Assembly: GCF_001194135.2 (NCBI RefSeq)
Contig: NC_068982.1
Span: 29,404,054 to 29,468,053 of the forward strand
Direction: 5' to 3'
Length of the DNA: 64,000 bases
From: Octopus bimaculoides
Lineage: Eukaryota
The position numbers were made by a program, and so were the translations under genes. A model generated the notes under the pieces. That model saw only the letters and a program-made list of their open reading frames with translations, was not told where the DNA came from and did no database searches. This document shows positions 25,791 to 39,300 of the stretch, piece by piece; position 1 is the stretch's first letter; the number at the start of each line of letters is the position of its first letter.

Positions 25791-25850
25791 GTAATAATAA
25801 TAATAATAATAATAGTAATAATAATAATAATAACAATAATAATTGTGATA
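25725..25850. repeat. (AAT)n microsatellite next to an 876-nt gap
   Basis: Direct reading. Confidence 0.95.
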
Positions 25851-26439
25851 ACATTTTCTTTTTCTCATTTTAATTATTGTTATTATCATCATTATTATTA
25901 ATAAGAAATAATTATTATGCCAGCATGAAACATGCACGTTAAATAATGATGATGATGAGGAAGAAGAGGAGAGTGTGGATTTCATCTAGTCATATGAATT
26001 TTATTAAGAAACAGAATCTTGTTGATCAAATTGACAACAATGTACCACTGCTGCTCATTATATCAATCTCCAGCCAATCTAATCTAAGGAGAAGTCAGTG
26101 AGTGAAATTTAAACTCAAATGATTATTGGATAGTAACTGATTTAGCACTTTTTTTTTTTATCACAGATATTGTTTTCATTGATTCCATAATGCTGGAAGC
26201 TGAAGTCAGCTTTGTGAGAAATTGAACTGCAAGCTCTTAAACCGATAACCATAAACAACATCCACCTCCTACCAAAACGTATCACCTTCAATATTTATGA
26301 AGTTTTCTTTGCTGAGATTATGGCTTGAAGATAATTTTAAAGAAAAAAACAATTTAGCATTGTATAATTAAAATATCACACAAACAGCTCAGCAGTGATA
26401 CATGAGACAAAGACATTAAGACATAATTTTTCAGACACT

Positions 26440-26650
26440 GATGTTCAAAGCTGAACAAAAGCTGCATTGATCTCACCATCTCAGAGAAGCTGGGAGTAAG
26501 CATATGCACAACCATTCCTGTTGACTCTGTAGGCTCTCCTTTGTTTATAGCTGACTATAGGTTTCTGCATGTGGTAATTTCTTCTCCAAAGTGGATGCTT
26601 GTCCACATGTTTTGAGGAATACTAGGAGTTAGGTTCCCGCCATTGTTGAG
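26440..26650 (-). mobile_element. RTE-like LINE relic
   Basis: Minus-strand sequence resembles the WE..A.DR..W....KG region seen at 8630-8853; strongly decayed. Confidence 0.3.
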
Positions 26651-26714
26651 TGTGGTGGCTTGTCGTCGTCATAATCATCATCATCATAATCATCATCATA
26701 ATCATCATCATAAT

Positions 26715-27110
26715 CTAACGTCTGTTATCCATGCTGGCATGGGTTGGATGGTTTAACTGGGCTGGCACACTGGATTTAAAGAAATCTGAAGTGGAGCCCT
26801 GTCAGCGGTTTAGTGTTCGACTCGACACTCATCCAGCAGCTCCTGCAACCAGGCTGGTGCCAAACGTAATACTCTGCACTCCTTTAGACTATGTCAGCAA
26901 GGTCGAGAGAGGCATCCTGATGACTGGGCTACCCAGGATTTTCTTAAATCTAGCCCAGGCCTGCGCAAAACTGGAGAGGACACTTCAGTGCTGCTGTAAA
27001 AAGTGGCAGACCAGCCAGGCAAAGTCTTTGCTACATCTGTGTCACCTGCCAGAGGGAGTGTTTGTCCAGGATAGGACTACAGAGCCACAGCAGGAGATGT
27101 AAATGACATG
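26715..27110 (-). mobile_element. Family D-related repeat with (ATC/ATA)n tail
   Basis: CCATGCTGGCATGGGTTGGATGGTTT core preceded by (CATCATAAT)n; accounts for ORF 26731..27102. Confidence 0.55.
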
Positions 27111-27539
27111 AAATGAAAGGACCAGACTGGATTATTTTATGTGCAACTCCATTGTTTGAATTAATTGGACATGGAAACAATTGTAGGTTCTGCAAGTTTG
27201 ATATTGTTTAAATTGGATTTGTTTTGATAAATTGATGTCTATATGTCAATTTCTCCATTTTCTTGTATGCGTGTGTGTGTGTGTGTAAATGTTGAACAGT
27301 GAAAATGAGTGCCCAACATCACATTAGTGGATAGAATTTTTTTATTTGTGTATTAAGGCTACCATTGGTTTCATGTTAAGAAAATATTTTAATATTCTAA
27401 CAATATTTCAATCTGATTACTTGAAGGAATATTATATTATATTGTATATAGATTTGTCTATACATATGTGCATTTCTGTATATGTGCAAATGCATATATG
27501 ATATTGCATATATGTTTGTGGATGGGTGGATGGATAGAG

Positions 27540-27549
27540 AGATAGATAA

Positions 27550-27598
<49 letters not shown>

Positions 27599-27608
27599 CA
27601 GACAGACA
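27540..27608. repeat. (GATA)n/(GACA)n tetranucleotide repeat
   Basis: Direct reading. Confidence 0.95.
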
Positions 27609-28384
27609 CTCTGTATTAGCAGTTATTGTTAACCATTATTTTGAAACTAGATTCCCAGATTCCCATTCAACTTTCTTACAGTTTATTTTGTCCTGCTTAT
27701 ATGTAAGTAGCATATGTACAATATGCATTATGATATATCATCCTTTGTAATAAATACATTGTACTGCTTAGAACATAATATAACATTTTTATTAAAAATA
27801 ATATATAATTCACCAAAAAAATTTCACCAATTCCCTTTGTATGTATGTACCCTAAAGTGTCTTTTACTAATCCAATGCATTTATCTACAAATACATCCTT
27901 GGCTGATTATCCATAACTTTGTTTTATCATAGACAAAATCCTTTGAAGAAGAGGTACTTCAAGGTTGATGTTATCATAAAAATTCATAAATTCCCACTAA
28001 GTCACTTACATACATGAGTCAAATATTGTTGTTGGAGTGTTTCTATTAAATTATATTATTCATAAATCTTTATTAGATTTTTAGGCAGTTTCAAAAATGT
28101 TTCATCTTTATAATGGTACTCTTTCCTAAATCTATAATAAAAACAGTGAACGAATATTTACTTTCTGGAAATGATAAATAACTACTTTCTAGATTGATTA
28201 AATAACATTATTGGGTTGATAAAATTATTTGCCTTTTATATTATCAATTTCATTGAAGTATAATCTGAATTAAATTAATATTATATTACTTATATTCTGA
28301 ACTTTATTACTTATGAATACAATATACATTTATATATATACATCTAAATCTATCTATCTATATATCTATCTATCTATCTATCTA

Positions 28385-28459
<75 letters not shown>

Positions 28460-29008
28460 NNNNNNNNNNNNNNNNNNNNNNNNNNNNNNNNNNNNNNNNN
28501 NNNNNNNNNNNNNNNNNNNNNNNNNNNNNNNNNNNNNNNNNNNNNNNNNNNNNNNNNNNNNNNNNNNNNNNNNNNNNNNNNNNNNNNNNNNNNNNNNNNN
28601 NNNNNNNNNNNNNNNNNNNNNNNNNNNNNNNNNNNNNNNNNNNNNNNNNNNNNNNNNNNNNNNNNNNNNNNNNNNNNNNNNNNNNNNNNNNATATGTATA
28701 TATATATATATATATACATACATGCACATACACACACATATATATATGTGTATGTATGCATGTATGTATGTATCTATATGTATATATCATCATCATCATC
28801 ATCATCACCACCACTACTACCACCACCACCACCACCAGCATTTATCATTCATTTTCCATGCTGTCAAAGGTTAAATGGTTAGACAGGAACTGGCAAGCTA
28901 GAGGACAGTACTAGGATCAATGCCTGTGTTTTGGCATGGATGCCCTTCCTAATTCCAGTATGCATGTGCGTTTGTGTGTGTGTGTGTGTGTGTGTGTGNN
29001 NNNNNNNN

Positions 29009-29064
<56 letters not shown>

Positions 29065-29428
29065 ATGCATGCATGTGAGCATATGTATGTATGTATGTAT
29101 GCATGCATGCAGCTGTGTATCTTATTAACTGTATATACACAATACATAAGTCTCTTCATAGGCATGTGTTGTAGTAAATACAGTAGATGCCAAAGCAAAT
29201 CAAATACCATTGCAGCAGTGACTTATTGGAATGCTAGAAGTGTTTTGCTCTTCTTGGGGTTTGTCAATAATGTATACCCATTTGTCACATGTTCAAATGC
29301 AATTTTTGCCTTGGTATCTAAAGACTGAATGATGCATTCACTGATATTGCAGAATGCTTGTCAAGCTGTAGAATACTCATTGAACGCAACTGAAACAGCA
29401 TTAAGGTGGTAAAATAGCTTGTTATGTA

Positions 29429-29464
<36 letters not shown>

Positions 29465-31104
29465 AGATTTATTTAAATTTATCTTGGCAAAATTCAAGCT
29501 GCTCTCTTACAAAGAGTCAAGGATGTTTTGAACTAGCATAAATTCTGCAAAGCTGAAATTGATAAATCTAAAAGGAAAATGTATGTATGCACGCACGCAC
29601 GCGTGCACACACACATACACTCACACATCCATCCATCCATCCATCCCTCCATCCATCCATCCATACATACATACATACATACATACATACATGCATATGT
29701 ATCAACAACTTTGCATAAAATCCTAGAAATACTAGGTTTTATGAAGAAAGAGCAAAAGAAACTGATGTGGATTCTTCAAATCCAATCTATTAGTGACACA
29801 GTGAAAATTTGTGAGACATTCAAACAATTCTCCATCTGAGGTTCTTTAGGTGAATAGATGTAGAAACTTGACTGTATGTATTGACAGCTCAACCAACACA
29901 CTAACTCAAGAACATATTTATAAACACTGGGAATTCTCTTAACTCAAAAAGTCTTGTTGCTTTGTTAGTGACAATCTTAAATTGTCTCAAGAAGAACTTG
30001 AATTAAACTCAAAGAAAAATCATTCATTCAATCATTCTTTCATTTATATCTATGTAAGTACATACATACATACATACATACATATATACATACATACATA
30101 CATACATACATACACACTTGGTAGAGCCTGTTGATTTGCTATGGCATATGATTGTATTTTGCACTCATTTCTATTTTCATTTTGCATAAGGTATAGGCAT
30201 CTTTCTGTTAAGGCCACTTGCAATGAGGAAGATAAACACTAGTATGATAATGCCAAATTCCACCTCCATATACATATGCACACGGACAAACAAACATAAT
30301 ACATACATCACAACAAATATAAATAAAATGAAGTTCTCTTGGCATTCATGGTTTGTCTTTTTATTTTAGTTGTGATATTTATATGTTCTACTTCAATGTT
30401 ACATCTTCTGTTTCCTAGCTTGGAGGACGATTTTGTTTTAGTTATAACTTCTCTTTATGAATATTTTACTTGATATATTCTATTNNNNNNNNNNNNNNNN
30501 NNNNNNNNNNNNNNNNNNNNNNNNNNNNNNNNNNNNNNNNNNNNNNNNNNNNNNNNNNNNNNNNNNNNNNNNNNNNNNNNNNNNNNNNNNNNNNNNNNNN
30601 NNNNNNNNNNNNTTTGTTTTAGTTATAACTTCTCTTTATGAATATTTTACTTGATATATTCTATTTGTAAAATAGGGAACAAGTACATATTGACATTTAT
30701 ACCTTGCAGCCACTATACAGGCGTTTGATCAGTCTAAACTTCCTTGAATGGTCCTTGAAAATGTTATAAGATATTGAAAACATTGGAAATAACATAACCT
30801 TTGAAGTTATATCCTTAGTCTCTGCTTTTATGAATCAGAAATATATACAGATTTTTGAAGAACTAAGTATGAAACTCATTAATCAGACTTGTGGCTATAT
30901 TGTCAATATCAAGTTCTCTTCAACATTTTATGTTTTATCATGGTGTTAGCTAAGTCTTTTGGTATCTCATCTTTGAAGCCTATCATTTCTGAAATTTAAT
31001 GTTTTTGCATCTTTCAGTATTTCCTTTAACTTTCCAATATCATGGAGTTTCTCTTCTGTCAGTTCATCATACTTCTTCCTCCAACGATCCTTTTTCTTAT
31101 TTGT

Positions 31105-31310
31105 TACATTGCTTTCAAGTTTTGGCACAAGGCCAGTAAGTTCAAGGGAGAGGAGCTAAGTCAATTAGATCGACCCCAGTGCTCAACTGGTACTTATTTT
31201 ATCGAGCCCAAATGGACGAAAGACAAACTCAACCTCAGCAGAGTTTCAAGAACAAAATGTTGATAAGCATTTTGCCTGGTGTGCCAACGATTCTGTCAGC
31301 TCACCATCTT
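31105..31310 (-). mobile_element. Family A SINE monomer
   Basis: TTTTGGCACAAGGCC...GATCGACCCCAGTGCTCAACTGGTACTTATTTTATCG...AAGCATTTTGCCTGG...TCTGTCAGCTCACCATCTT. Confidence 0.8.
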
Positions 31311-31605
31311 ATATATTTGTCATATTAATTGTTTCTCATGTGCACATTGATTCTCATGGTTTTAATACCTAGATTCACCCTTCAATTACATTAACTGTCA
31401 TTTATTCAAATTAATACGAAGGGCAGAGGTTAAGCAATGATGATGATTATGCATCCAGTAATTTATCCCTTCCTCATTTATAAAAGGTTCCACAGACAAC
31501 CCATATTCAATGTGCATATATTTCTGTGTTTGTAGCAATGCATATGCATGTTTATTTTCTACTACAGTTAAAAACAATCATATTGTTGTTTACATGCTTT
31601 GAATG

Positions 31606-31686
31606 GGTCACTCACTGGTCACTCACTGGTCACTCACTGGTCAATCACTGGTCAATCACTGGTTACTCACTGGTCAATCACTGGTC
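31606..31686. repeat. 11-bp minisatellite (GGTCAMTCACT), 7 copies plus a partial
   Basis: Units GGTCACTCACT x3, GGTCAATCACT x2, GGTTACTCACT, GGTCAATCACT, GGTC. Confidence 0.95.
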
Positions 31687-31730
31687 CATGTTTCTAATGT
31701 TTCAAGAGTGATAAAAGAACTTCATTTCAC

Positions 31731-31804
<74 letters not shown>

Positions 31805-33544
31805 CACACATGCATATTGGATCATCCCATAAATAATGTGGTCTTTTTCAATTGCATGAACTAAAAGACGGAGGGAGACAGGATAAACTATCTGCATCAA
31901 CTTGCTATAAAAGCAAGTAGTAATTTTACCTTTGTACTTATTCTTAGTGAAAGTTTTGCGTTTTTTTCATTCTCTCTCCTTTTTATTCCTCTTAATCCTT
32001 TCTTTTGAAGAGTGTTGGCTCAAAACATAAAAGACTTTTCCATTCTTCCTGAGCATTAAACTAATACACCTGCTTGTTCCTACACCTGACTTCATCTTTT
32101 GTTTTCTGTAAATTTGAACTATACATATGTATGTATATATGTATATATATATNNNNNNNNNNNNNNNNNNNNNNNNNNNNNNNNNNNNNNNNNNNNNNNN
32201 NNNNNNNNNNNNNNNNNNNNNNNNNNNNNNNNNNNNNNNNNNNNNNNNNNNNNNNNNNNNNNNNNNNNNNNNNNNNNNNNNNNNNNNNNNNNNNNNNNNN
32301 NNNNNNNNNNNNNNTATATACATATGTATATATATATACATATGTATATGTATGTATATATATATATACATATATATATGTATATACACCTGTATGTATA
32401 TGTATATATATATATATATATATAATTGTAAATACATAGTTGTAAATACATAGTTGTAAATACACATCTAAAATTGTATCCATTATGAAATTGTTTGGAA
32501 ATCACAAATGAAGTATTTATGTTTGATATATATATATATATATATATATATAAATGATAGGAATTAAGCAAGGGTATAAGTTTTACATATGAGGTGGATG
32601 TATATATTTGTATAGATGTATATATTTGACATTTCAGCTTCCATGTGTTCAGATGTATAAACTTAAAATTTAAATGATTTAATTTAGATAGAATTTTACG
32701 TCTACAGGCAGAGTAAGTCTTTAAGAATATACATTATGCCTTCTTTCTCCTTAATTCAAAAGTTAGATCAATGTCCTTGAGTCTTGCTTGCATTATATGT
32801 TCACTCAAACGATGTTTGATTTCAATTGTTGATTGTAGCACTACTATTTTTGTATCAGAGATTAAGTATGTCATACATTGACATTGATTTTAAACATTTC
32901 TACATAGTACCTACAGGATATAAAAGAGAAAGGAAAAATATTCTAGGAGGGATAGAAAAACAATATACTTTACCTGAGTGTACTATGAGATTTTTTAGAA
33001 AATAAAGAAGAAAAAAAAGAAAAAAAATGAATTCATTTGGTAATTGAACAGCCAATATTTTCTTTCAAATATATTAACAGCAGCATTCAAAGAAAATGAA
33101 CATCAATACATTTTCCCATATTCTTACAAGAGTTTTAATGCTCTAATTTCAAACAATTTTAGTTTTCATAAACTTAATTTTAAAAGATCTATGAAAGTAA
33201 TACTTGAAGAATATTAATAAAAATAGAAAATAATAGCGTAACTTTCTTAAGAAAAAAAGAACACAGAAAAAACAGAGACATATTCATATAACCAGGTCTG
33301 AAAAACAAGCAAAATGATTTTAGTGTGTAATATACATCACAGAAGTATAAAGTATATGTACATATACATACATTCATTCCATATGAAGACTGCAGTAACC
33401 ATAAAACATGGAACTGTCTGAAACTTGAAGTTGGGAATTAATATTCTTATACACATGCACACATACAGATTTATGCACACATCTGCATATGTGCCTGTCC
33501 ACACACACATACACTCAGACATATATATATATATATAAGCACAA

Positions 33545-33690
33545 ATCTTGAGCTAGCTCCTTGCCTTCATTCCCAGCAGAGCCTTCTGAACATGCATTGG
33601 ACTGATTGGCTACAGCCAGACACTACATGGCCCATGTTCTTCTCCCATGTATTGTCTTTGATCATCATCAACAATGATGGATGAACATCA
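33545..33690 (+). mobile_element. RTE 3' end relic
   Basis: Homologous to 11200-11360 (AGAGCCTTC.G.ACATGCAT..GACTGATTGGC.ACAGC...CAACAATGATGGATGAAC). Confidence 0.65.
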
Positions 33691-33721
33691 ATGTTATTAT
33701 TATTATTATTATTATTATTGC

Positions 33722-33860
33722 TATGTTCTGAGTTCAAATTCCGCCGAGGTTGACTTTGCCTTTCATCCTTTTGGGATCAATAAATTAAGTACCAGTAAAA
33801 CACTGGAGTCACCCTCCCCCAAATTTCAGGCCTTGTGCCTATAGTAGAAAGGATGATTAT
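33722..33860 (+). mobile_element. Family A SINE, 5'-truncated, well preserved
   Basis: GTTCTGAGTTCAAATTCCGCCGAGGTTGACTTTGCCTTTCATCC...GCCTTGTGCCTATAGTAGAAAGG. Confidence 0.8.
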
Positions 33861-34149
33861 TTTCACTGTTATTATTTTGAGGAAAACTCTCAAATTATTT
33901 CGCTGGATATCATGGAAAGTGTCAGCCACCCAAAGCCAGCAGACTAAGGGGATACTTGTTAACTGATCAGGCTTCGAGAACCCTGCAGTTCCAAGCAATG
34001 CTTATTTCTCATAGGTGTTCTATCTTTACATTTGTACCAATCTTTTTGAACCACGTTCATAATTGAGTGTCAACACTTCCGAGCATGCCGATCACTATTG
34101 GGTGTCATGTCTACTCTCTTCATTGTCCACAGTATTATTATTATCATTA

Positions 34150-34405
34150 TTATTGTTATTGTGTAAGAGAGCAGTGCATGTCATCAAAGTGACACTGGGG
34201 TAAAATATACGAAGCCCATTATACCCATCATGACTACCCATCTGATTAGGGTACACCAGGCACATGCATCACAACCATATGTGTGCGACATGGTGATCTC
34301 ATATCAAAATAAACAGCGCATGACCTCGCAGGTGGGGCCCAGTTAGAATTTTCTTCAGGTCGAGTAGCCCATCTTGCTCAACAGGTCCCTGAATAAGGTT
34401 TGTTT
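34150..34405. repeat. GC-richer dispersed repeat of unknown class
   Basis: Compositionally distinct block bounded by (ATT)n and a gap; no usable ORF. Confidence 0.35.
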
Positions 34406-34437
34406 NNNNNNNNNNTTATTACTATTATTATTATTAT

Positions 34438-34894
34438 CCAGTAGTTTCATTTTTATAACATGTTTTCACTTCACTACCGAGCGCAGCTCTGTATACCTTG
34501 GGTATGTGCTGTGGTTTGCTGTGATGCTCTTATGGTTACTGTATTGAAAGTGTTTTGTGTAGGATGTGTGCAGTGCCCAGTAGTGCAATTTTCTGTATGT
34601 TATATATATTTGTAAGTCCTGGTGTTTTTGTTATGTATTTATCTGAATATTTTTTAATCATACCTAATACGCCCACTGTGATAGGAATTGTTTCTGTTTT
34701 TAGATTCCACATTCACGTTACCTCTATTTCCAGGTCTTTGTATTTTGAAAGCTTCTCCATTTCTTTTAGGGAAACGTTGTCATCTATTAGTATTGATACA
34801 TCAATTAGAAAGCATTTTTCTCCTACATGATCTTTCTCTATCTGTGTGTATTGGCATATCCCAGAGTATGGTTGCTTTCACGTTTTCTGTGACC

Positions 34895-34895
<1 letters not shown>
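34438..34895 (-). mobile_element. 5'-truncated R4/Dong-like non-LTR retrotransposon (RLE domain + 3' UTR)
   Basis: Minus frame KVTENVKATILWDMPIHTDRE / DHVGEKCFLIDVSILIDDNVSLKEMEKLSKYKDLEIEVT*MWNLKTETIPITVGVLGMIKKYSDKYITKTPGLTNIYNIQKIALLGTAHILHKTLSIQ* (stop 34536-34538); typical RLE C-terminus; (TAA)n on both sides. Confidence 0.88.
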
Positions 34896-34974
<79 letters not shown>

Positions 34975-35157
34975 TACTTCGACACCTGATGTGTGGTACA
35001 CTGTGCGCCTGTTCAGGCAATGTGAATTTGATGGAGAGAATGAGCTAATGTGCATCACATACATTTGATCACAATAAACAAATCATTCATGCAGGTCGTT
35101 TGGCTAAAAGCTGAAAACTCATGTTGTCTTCAACGAGAGAGTTCATCATCATCGTCG

Positions 35158-35210
<53 letters not shown>

Positions 35211-35310
35211 GTCGTCGTCGTCGTCGTCGTCGTCATCATCATCATCATCATCATCATCATCGTCGTCGTCATCATCATCATAATCGACATCATCATCATC
35301 ATCATCTATG
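34896..35310. repeat. Compound (ATT)n-(ATC)n and (ATC/GTC)n trinucleotide arrays
   Basis: Direct reading; produces the poly-I/S/D/M ORFs. Confidence 0.95.
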
Positions 35311-35479
35311 AACATGCACTTATGACTGTTATTTTGCTGTAAATGAAGTGCATGATAATATCACTAATGTCTTTGTTATTTTTGGATTTATTTCAAAATG
35401 CCAAGTCAGACATGAAATTCAAGGAATAATATTAATTCTAAGTCCTGAAAAGTTCATACGGATCATTATTTTTGATACT

Positions 35480-35517
<38 letters not shown>

Positions 35518-35809
35518 TATGAGCATTGTTGTTATTGTTGTAGTCGTCATAAAGTTTTGTTGTTTGATATTTCCTTACTGCCTTATTTGTTGAAGTGTTA
35601 AAACCTTTTAAAAAGAAAACATTACACAACTATTTGGTGTGTTTTACTACCTAAAAGGTCACATGATTAATGAAACAGAAGAAAAAAAAATATGAGAATA
35701 AATGGAAGTTATTTATATAAAACATTGATTTTCTGTCTTGAGTCATTTTCCTTTGACTACATTTAATCTTTTGACTTTGTTTGGTAATAAAAATATTTAT
35801 GACATAAGA

Positions 35810-35816
35810 CAATAAC

Positions 35817-35865
<49 letters not shown>

Positions 35866-35874
35866 GTAATAATG

Positions 35875-35958
<84 letters not shown>

Positions 35959-35960
35959 CT
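35810..35960. repeat. (AAT)n microsatellite
   Basis: Direct reading; produces the poly-L ORF 35651..35998. Confidence 0.95.
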
Positions 35961-36602
35961 AACAACAGAAATAGTAATTGCTTAAAAAATAGTGCCATTG
36001 ATATATTTCATGATTATTCTAGAAAGTGTTCCAAATAATTTCTAGAAAGTTGTTTGAAAATGAAAGACAGGGATTTCATTCCTTTTTCTACCTGCTTTAG
36101 CTGTTCATGTGAATTAACAAGAGGAGCCCTATATGGTCGCTCAGCCTACCAGAAATAGCATCTAAATCTACCTCAAATCACTATCTTTACTATCTTAAAA
36201 TAAATGGGATGGGTACTTTGGGTGATGTGGTCCCAAATATACCCTAGCTCCATCTAAAAGAAAAGGAAAAAAAAACAAAAAAACAAGCTGGTTATGAGTG
36301 GAACATTTTTAACCATTGGTTTAATCTCATAAGAGTTGACCTAAAGCTAAACAGAAACAGCTATTAATATGCATAAATTTTACACAAGAAGAATGGAGAA
36401 ACTTGCAAATAATACATAAAAATTATGTTTTTGTAACTCAGTGAGAAAAGAAAGAGCTGTATTTATTAATGTTTTGGACTGTGAGACTAATACAACTGCT
36501 ACTCATTTTGAGCATTTCAATATCAAAGTTTGCAGGAAAAACATTTGTGGGAGAAAATTTCAGATGGTTGGAATCCTGAGTAAGAAAAACAAAGAAAAGT
36601 GT

Positions 36603-36823
36603 TTAGCCCTTTGCCATTTAAACCAACCACATCTGGTCCAAATATTCTACTCGTTTTATGTTAAAGTGAGTTAGATCTGGTCTTTTACACCTACCCACCA
36701 ATGTCATTCTAAAAATAAGCAATAACATTACCAAAATCTTGAAACAACAAGATAATGTATAATTAATTCAAAACAATGTGAATAAATACATTTGACAAAG
36801 TCATCTGGATGCTAAAGGATTAG
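36603..36823. mobile_element. About 220-bp MITE with TTAA/CCCTTT termini (piggyBac-like)
   Basis: Left TTAGCCCTTTGCCATT, right GATGCTAAAGGATTAG; a second copy begins TTAACCCTTTAGCATT at 40494. Confidence 0.65.
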
Positions 36824-37999
36824 TGTAGAATCTTGGAGGTGAAATACATTACTAGAAACATAAAAATGAAAGACAGAGGAATAGTCTTGGTAAAATGATC
36901 AAACTGGTTAGCTACTGGATAATCACCAGAGATTGGCAGCTGATATCCTATTTCTAGTATGGTATCATGTGATAAAGACATGTAACTTACAACATTTAAT
37001 TATTCTTAATACTATGTAGACACCAGAATGTGTAAAATTCATTAATGTAAGTAGAAAAGCCACTGTCAAATTGATACATTTTTGTTAGCTCAATGGGCTG
37101 AGTTCAATACTCCTTGTGATAGGAAGAATATTTCTTCAAGAGATTAAGAGGTGGGCCAAAACCTGTCTTATAAAGCAAATTATCCTATGAAGAAGAATAG
37201 AATTAGAGGCTATGCTTAGGCTGTGTATATCACAAGGCATTGAGAGAAAAGAAAAAGCTATGCTCTTAAAAATGAAAGCATGAATTGTTAAACAATCTCT
37301 CACAAAGATAATGAAATAATCCTTCATTCATTACTTTTAGGAGTTTTATGCATTAATCTTTAATCATTAAACTCAAAGGCAGAAAGTCTAGATTTCATTT
37401 CAAGCGAATAACAAGGCGATCAATATAGTAATCTGTCTTATATTGATTAGGGAATTGGAATAAGAATTCAATAAAGTATTAACTAAAACTTTATATTTCT
37501 AGTTTGAGATTATCATTCAAAGTGAGCATCTATAGAGTAATAGATTTGCCATTCATTTCCAAGTCGAGTCAATGACAAAAAGGAAACTTGTAAGGTTTAA
37601 TGGTGCATTATTCAGTCACTAGCTACCATTTATCATTGATAATTTATTCCTTTGGCTACAGTCAGGTCATGAATTCAAAAGCTTTGACACATGCATTTCT
37701 TGCTTCTATTTTATTTCCATTCCAAACAAATCTGATAGAAACAGCAAGCAGATCACCTGCACCATCTTCAAAAAGAGTGATTTCTTTAAACAACTTTGAT
37801 ATAGATATCCATAAAAAAAAAATAAAAAAAAGACAAGATGGTCCCAGCTGAAATATCTTTGATCATTGGCCTGCTTCAATCAGAAATGAGCTGGGGTTTA
37901 ACAATAACAACAAATGCTACTCCTTTCATACAATATTCAGGTTGCCATTCTGTATTTGATTATTTTTTCTGAACTGATTCCGATAAATAAATGAAGACA

Positions 38000-38150
38000 T
38001 GGCTGTGTGGTTAAGAAGCTTGCTTTCCAATCACGTTGTCTTGTGTTCAACTCCATTGTATGGTACTTTGGACAAGTGTCTTCTACTATAGCCCAGGGCT
38101 AATCAAAGCCCTGAGTGGATTCTGTACATAGAAACTGAAAGAAACCCATC
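38000..38150 (+). mobile_element. Family B SINE head
   Basis: GGCTGTGTGGTTAAGAAGCTTGCTTTCC...GGACAAGTGTCTTCTACTATAGCCC...GAAACTGAAAGAAACCC. Confidence 0.75.
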
Positions 38151-39139
38151 ATTACATATGTTGATATTGCTAGATTGACTTAATGGATAGTGTCTTCTTA
38201 GGCTAGGATTATACTTAATAAAATGTTTTTAGTTTTGGGAGGTTCTGTGGTACATATATGTAAATATATACATATATGCATACAAACATACATGCATACA
38301 TACATACATACATACAAACACACATACATGAATGTATGTAAGTCATTATTCAGTTTATTTCAAGATTTCTTGCCAATAGAGAAAGAACCGGTTTCTAACC
38401 TAGATCCAAGGCGCCTTCATTGAAATTTCAACATCAGCAACAGGGTATTTTTGTTCGTATGTATGTATGTATGTATGTATGTGCAGATTTGTATATTTTA
38501 TGTATGTATTCTCATGCATATAGTTGTATATCTAGATATGCTCATATATATTTAAATGATAAACTTCTGGAAAGTTTTACAGATTTTTACAGTTCCAATG
38601 ATGGATTGGATCTTTAGTCTTCGAGTTAGCTTTCTCCTTTCTGGTTTTGAGAAGCCTGATTTCTCAAGATTGGTATTTAGGCAGTGTGTTACATATCCCA
38701 GAGTCCCAATGTATGTATGTATGTATGTATGTATGTATGTATGTATGTATGTATGTATGTATGTATGAATGAATGGATGGATGGATGTATTGTGTGTGGG
38801 AGTGCGTGTGCATGTGCATGTTTGTGTTAATTCTCCAATTCAAGGCACTGCTCCAGCATGGCCCCAGTCCAATGAGTGAAACAAGCAAAATGTAAAAGAT
38901 AAAAGGTATCATAGAACCTAGCTATTTTAAAATTGCTTTCAAACAGAATAAAGATGGATGAAATTGAAGTTTTGACATACAGACTTTTGTAACGTGTCTA
39001 ACATTCAACATTGTTAAATTTGTGAGCTGACAGAGTACTGGGTATAATGCATTTTGGTAATTATTTGGTTACTTTATGTTCTGAGTTCAAATCTTGCTGA
39101 GGTTAAAATCTAAATCTTTTAGGTAGAGTCATTGCTGTG

Positions 39140-39300
39140 GCCATTTGTGTAAGAAGTTTACTTCCCCGCCATGTGGTTTCAGGTTCTGTCCTACTGCTTG
39201 GAATCTTGAGAAAGAGTCTTCTATTATAGTCCTTGACTACCCAAAGCCTTGTGTGCAGATTTTGTAGATGGAAGCTGAAAGAAGCCTGCCATTTTTCTGT
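39140..39300 (+). mobile_element. Family B SINE head
   Basis: GTGTAAGAAGTTTACTTCCC...CAAAGCCTTGTG...GAAGCTGAAAGAAGCC. Confidence 0.65.

Noticed and set aside
29150-29390. Protein-like stretch on the minus strand (AFNEYSTA*QAFCNISECIIQSLDTK...)
   Set aside because: In-frame TGA, no evidence for selenocysteine recoding, no family recognised
30430-30664. Direct repeat of about 50 nt on both sides of a gap
   Set aside because: Typical unmerged contig overlap (assembly artefact); the same pattern occurs at about 62966-63000
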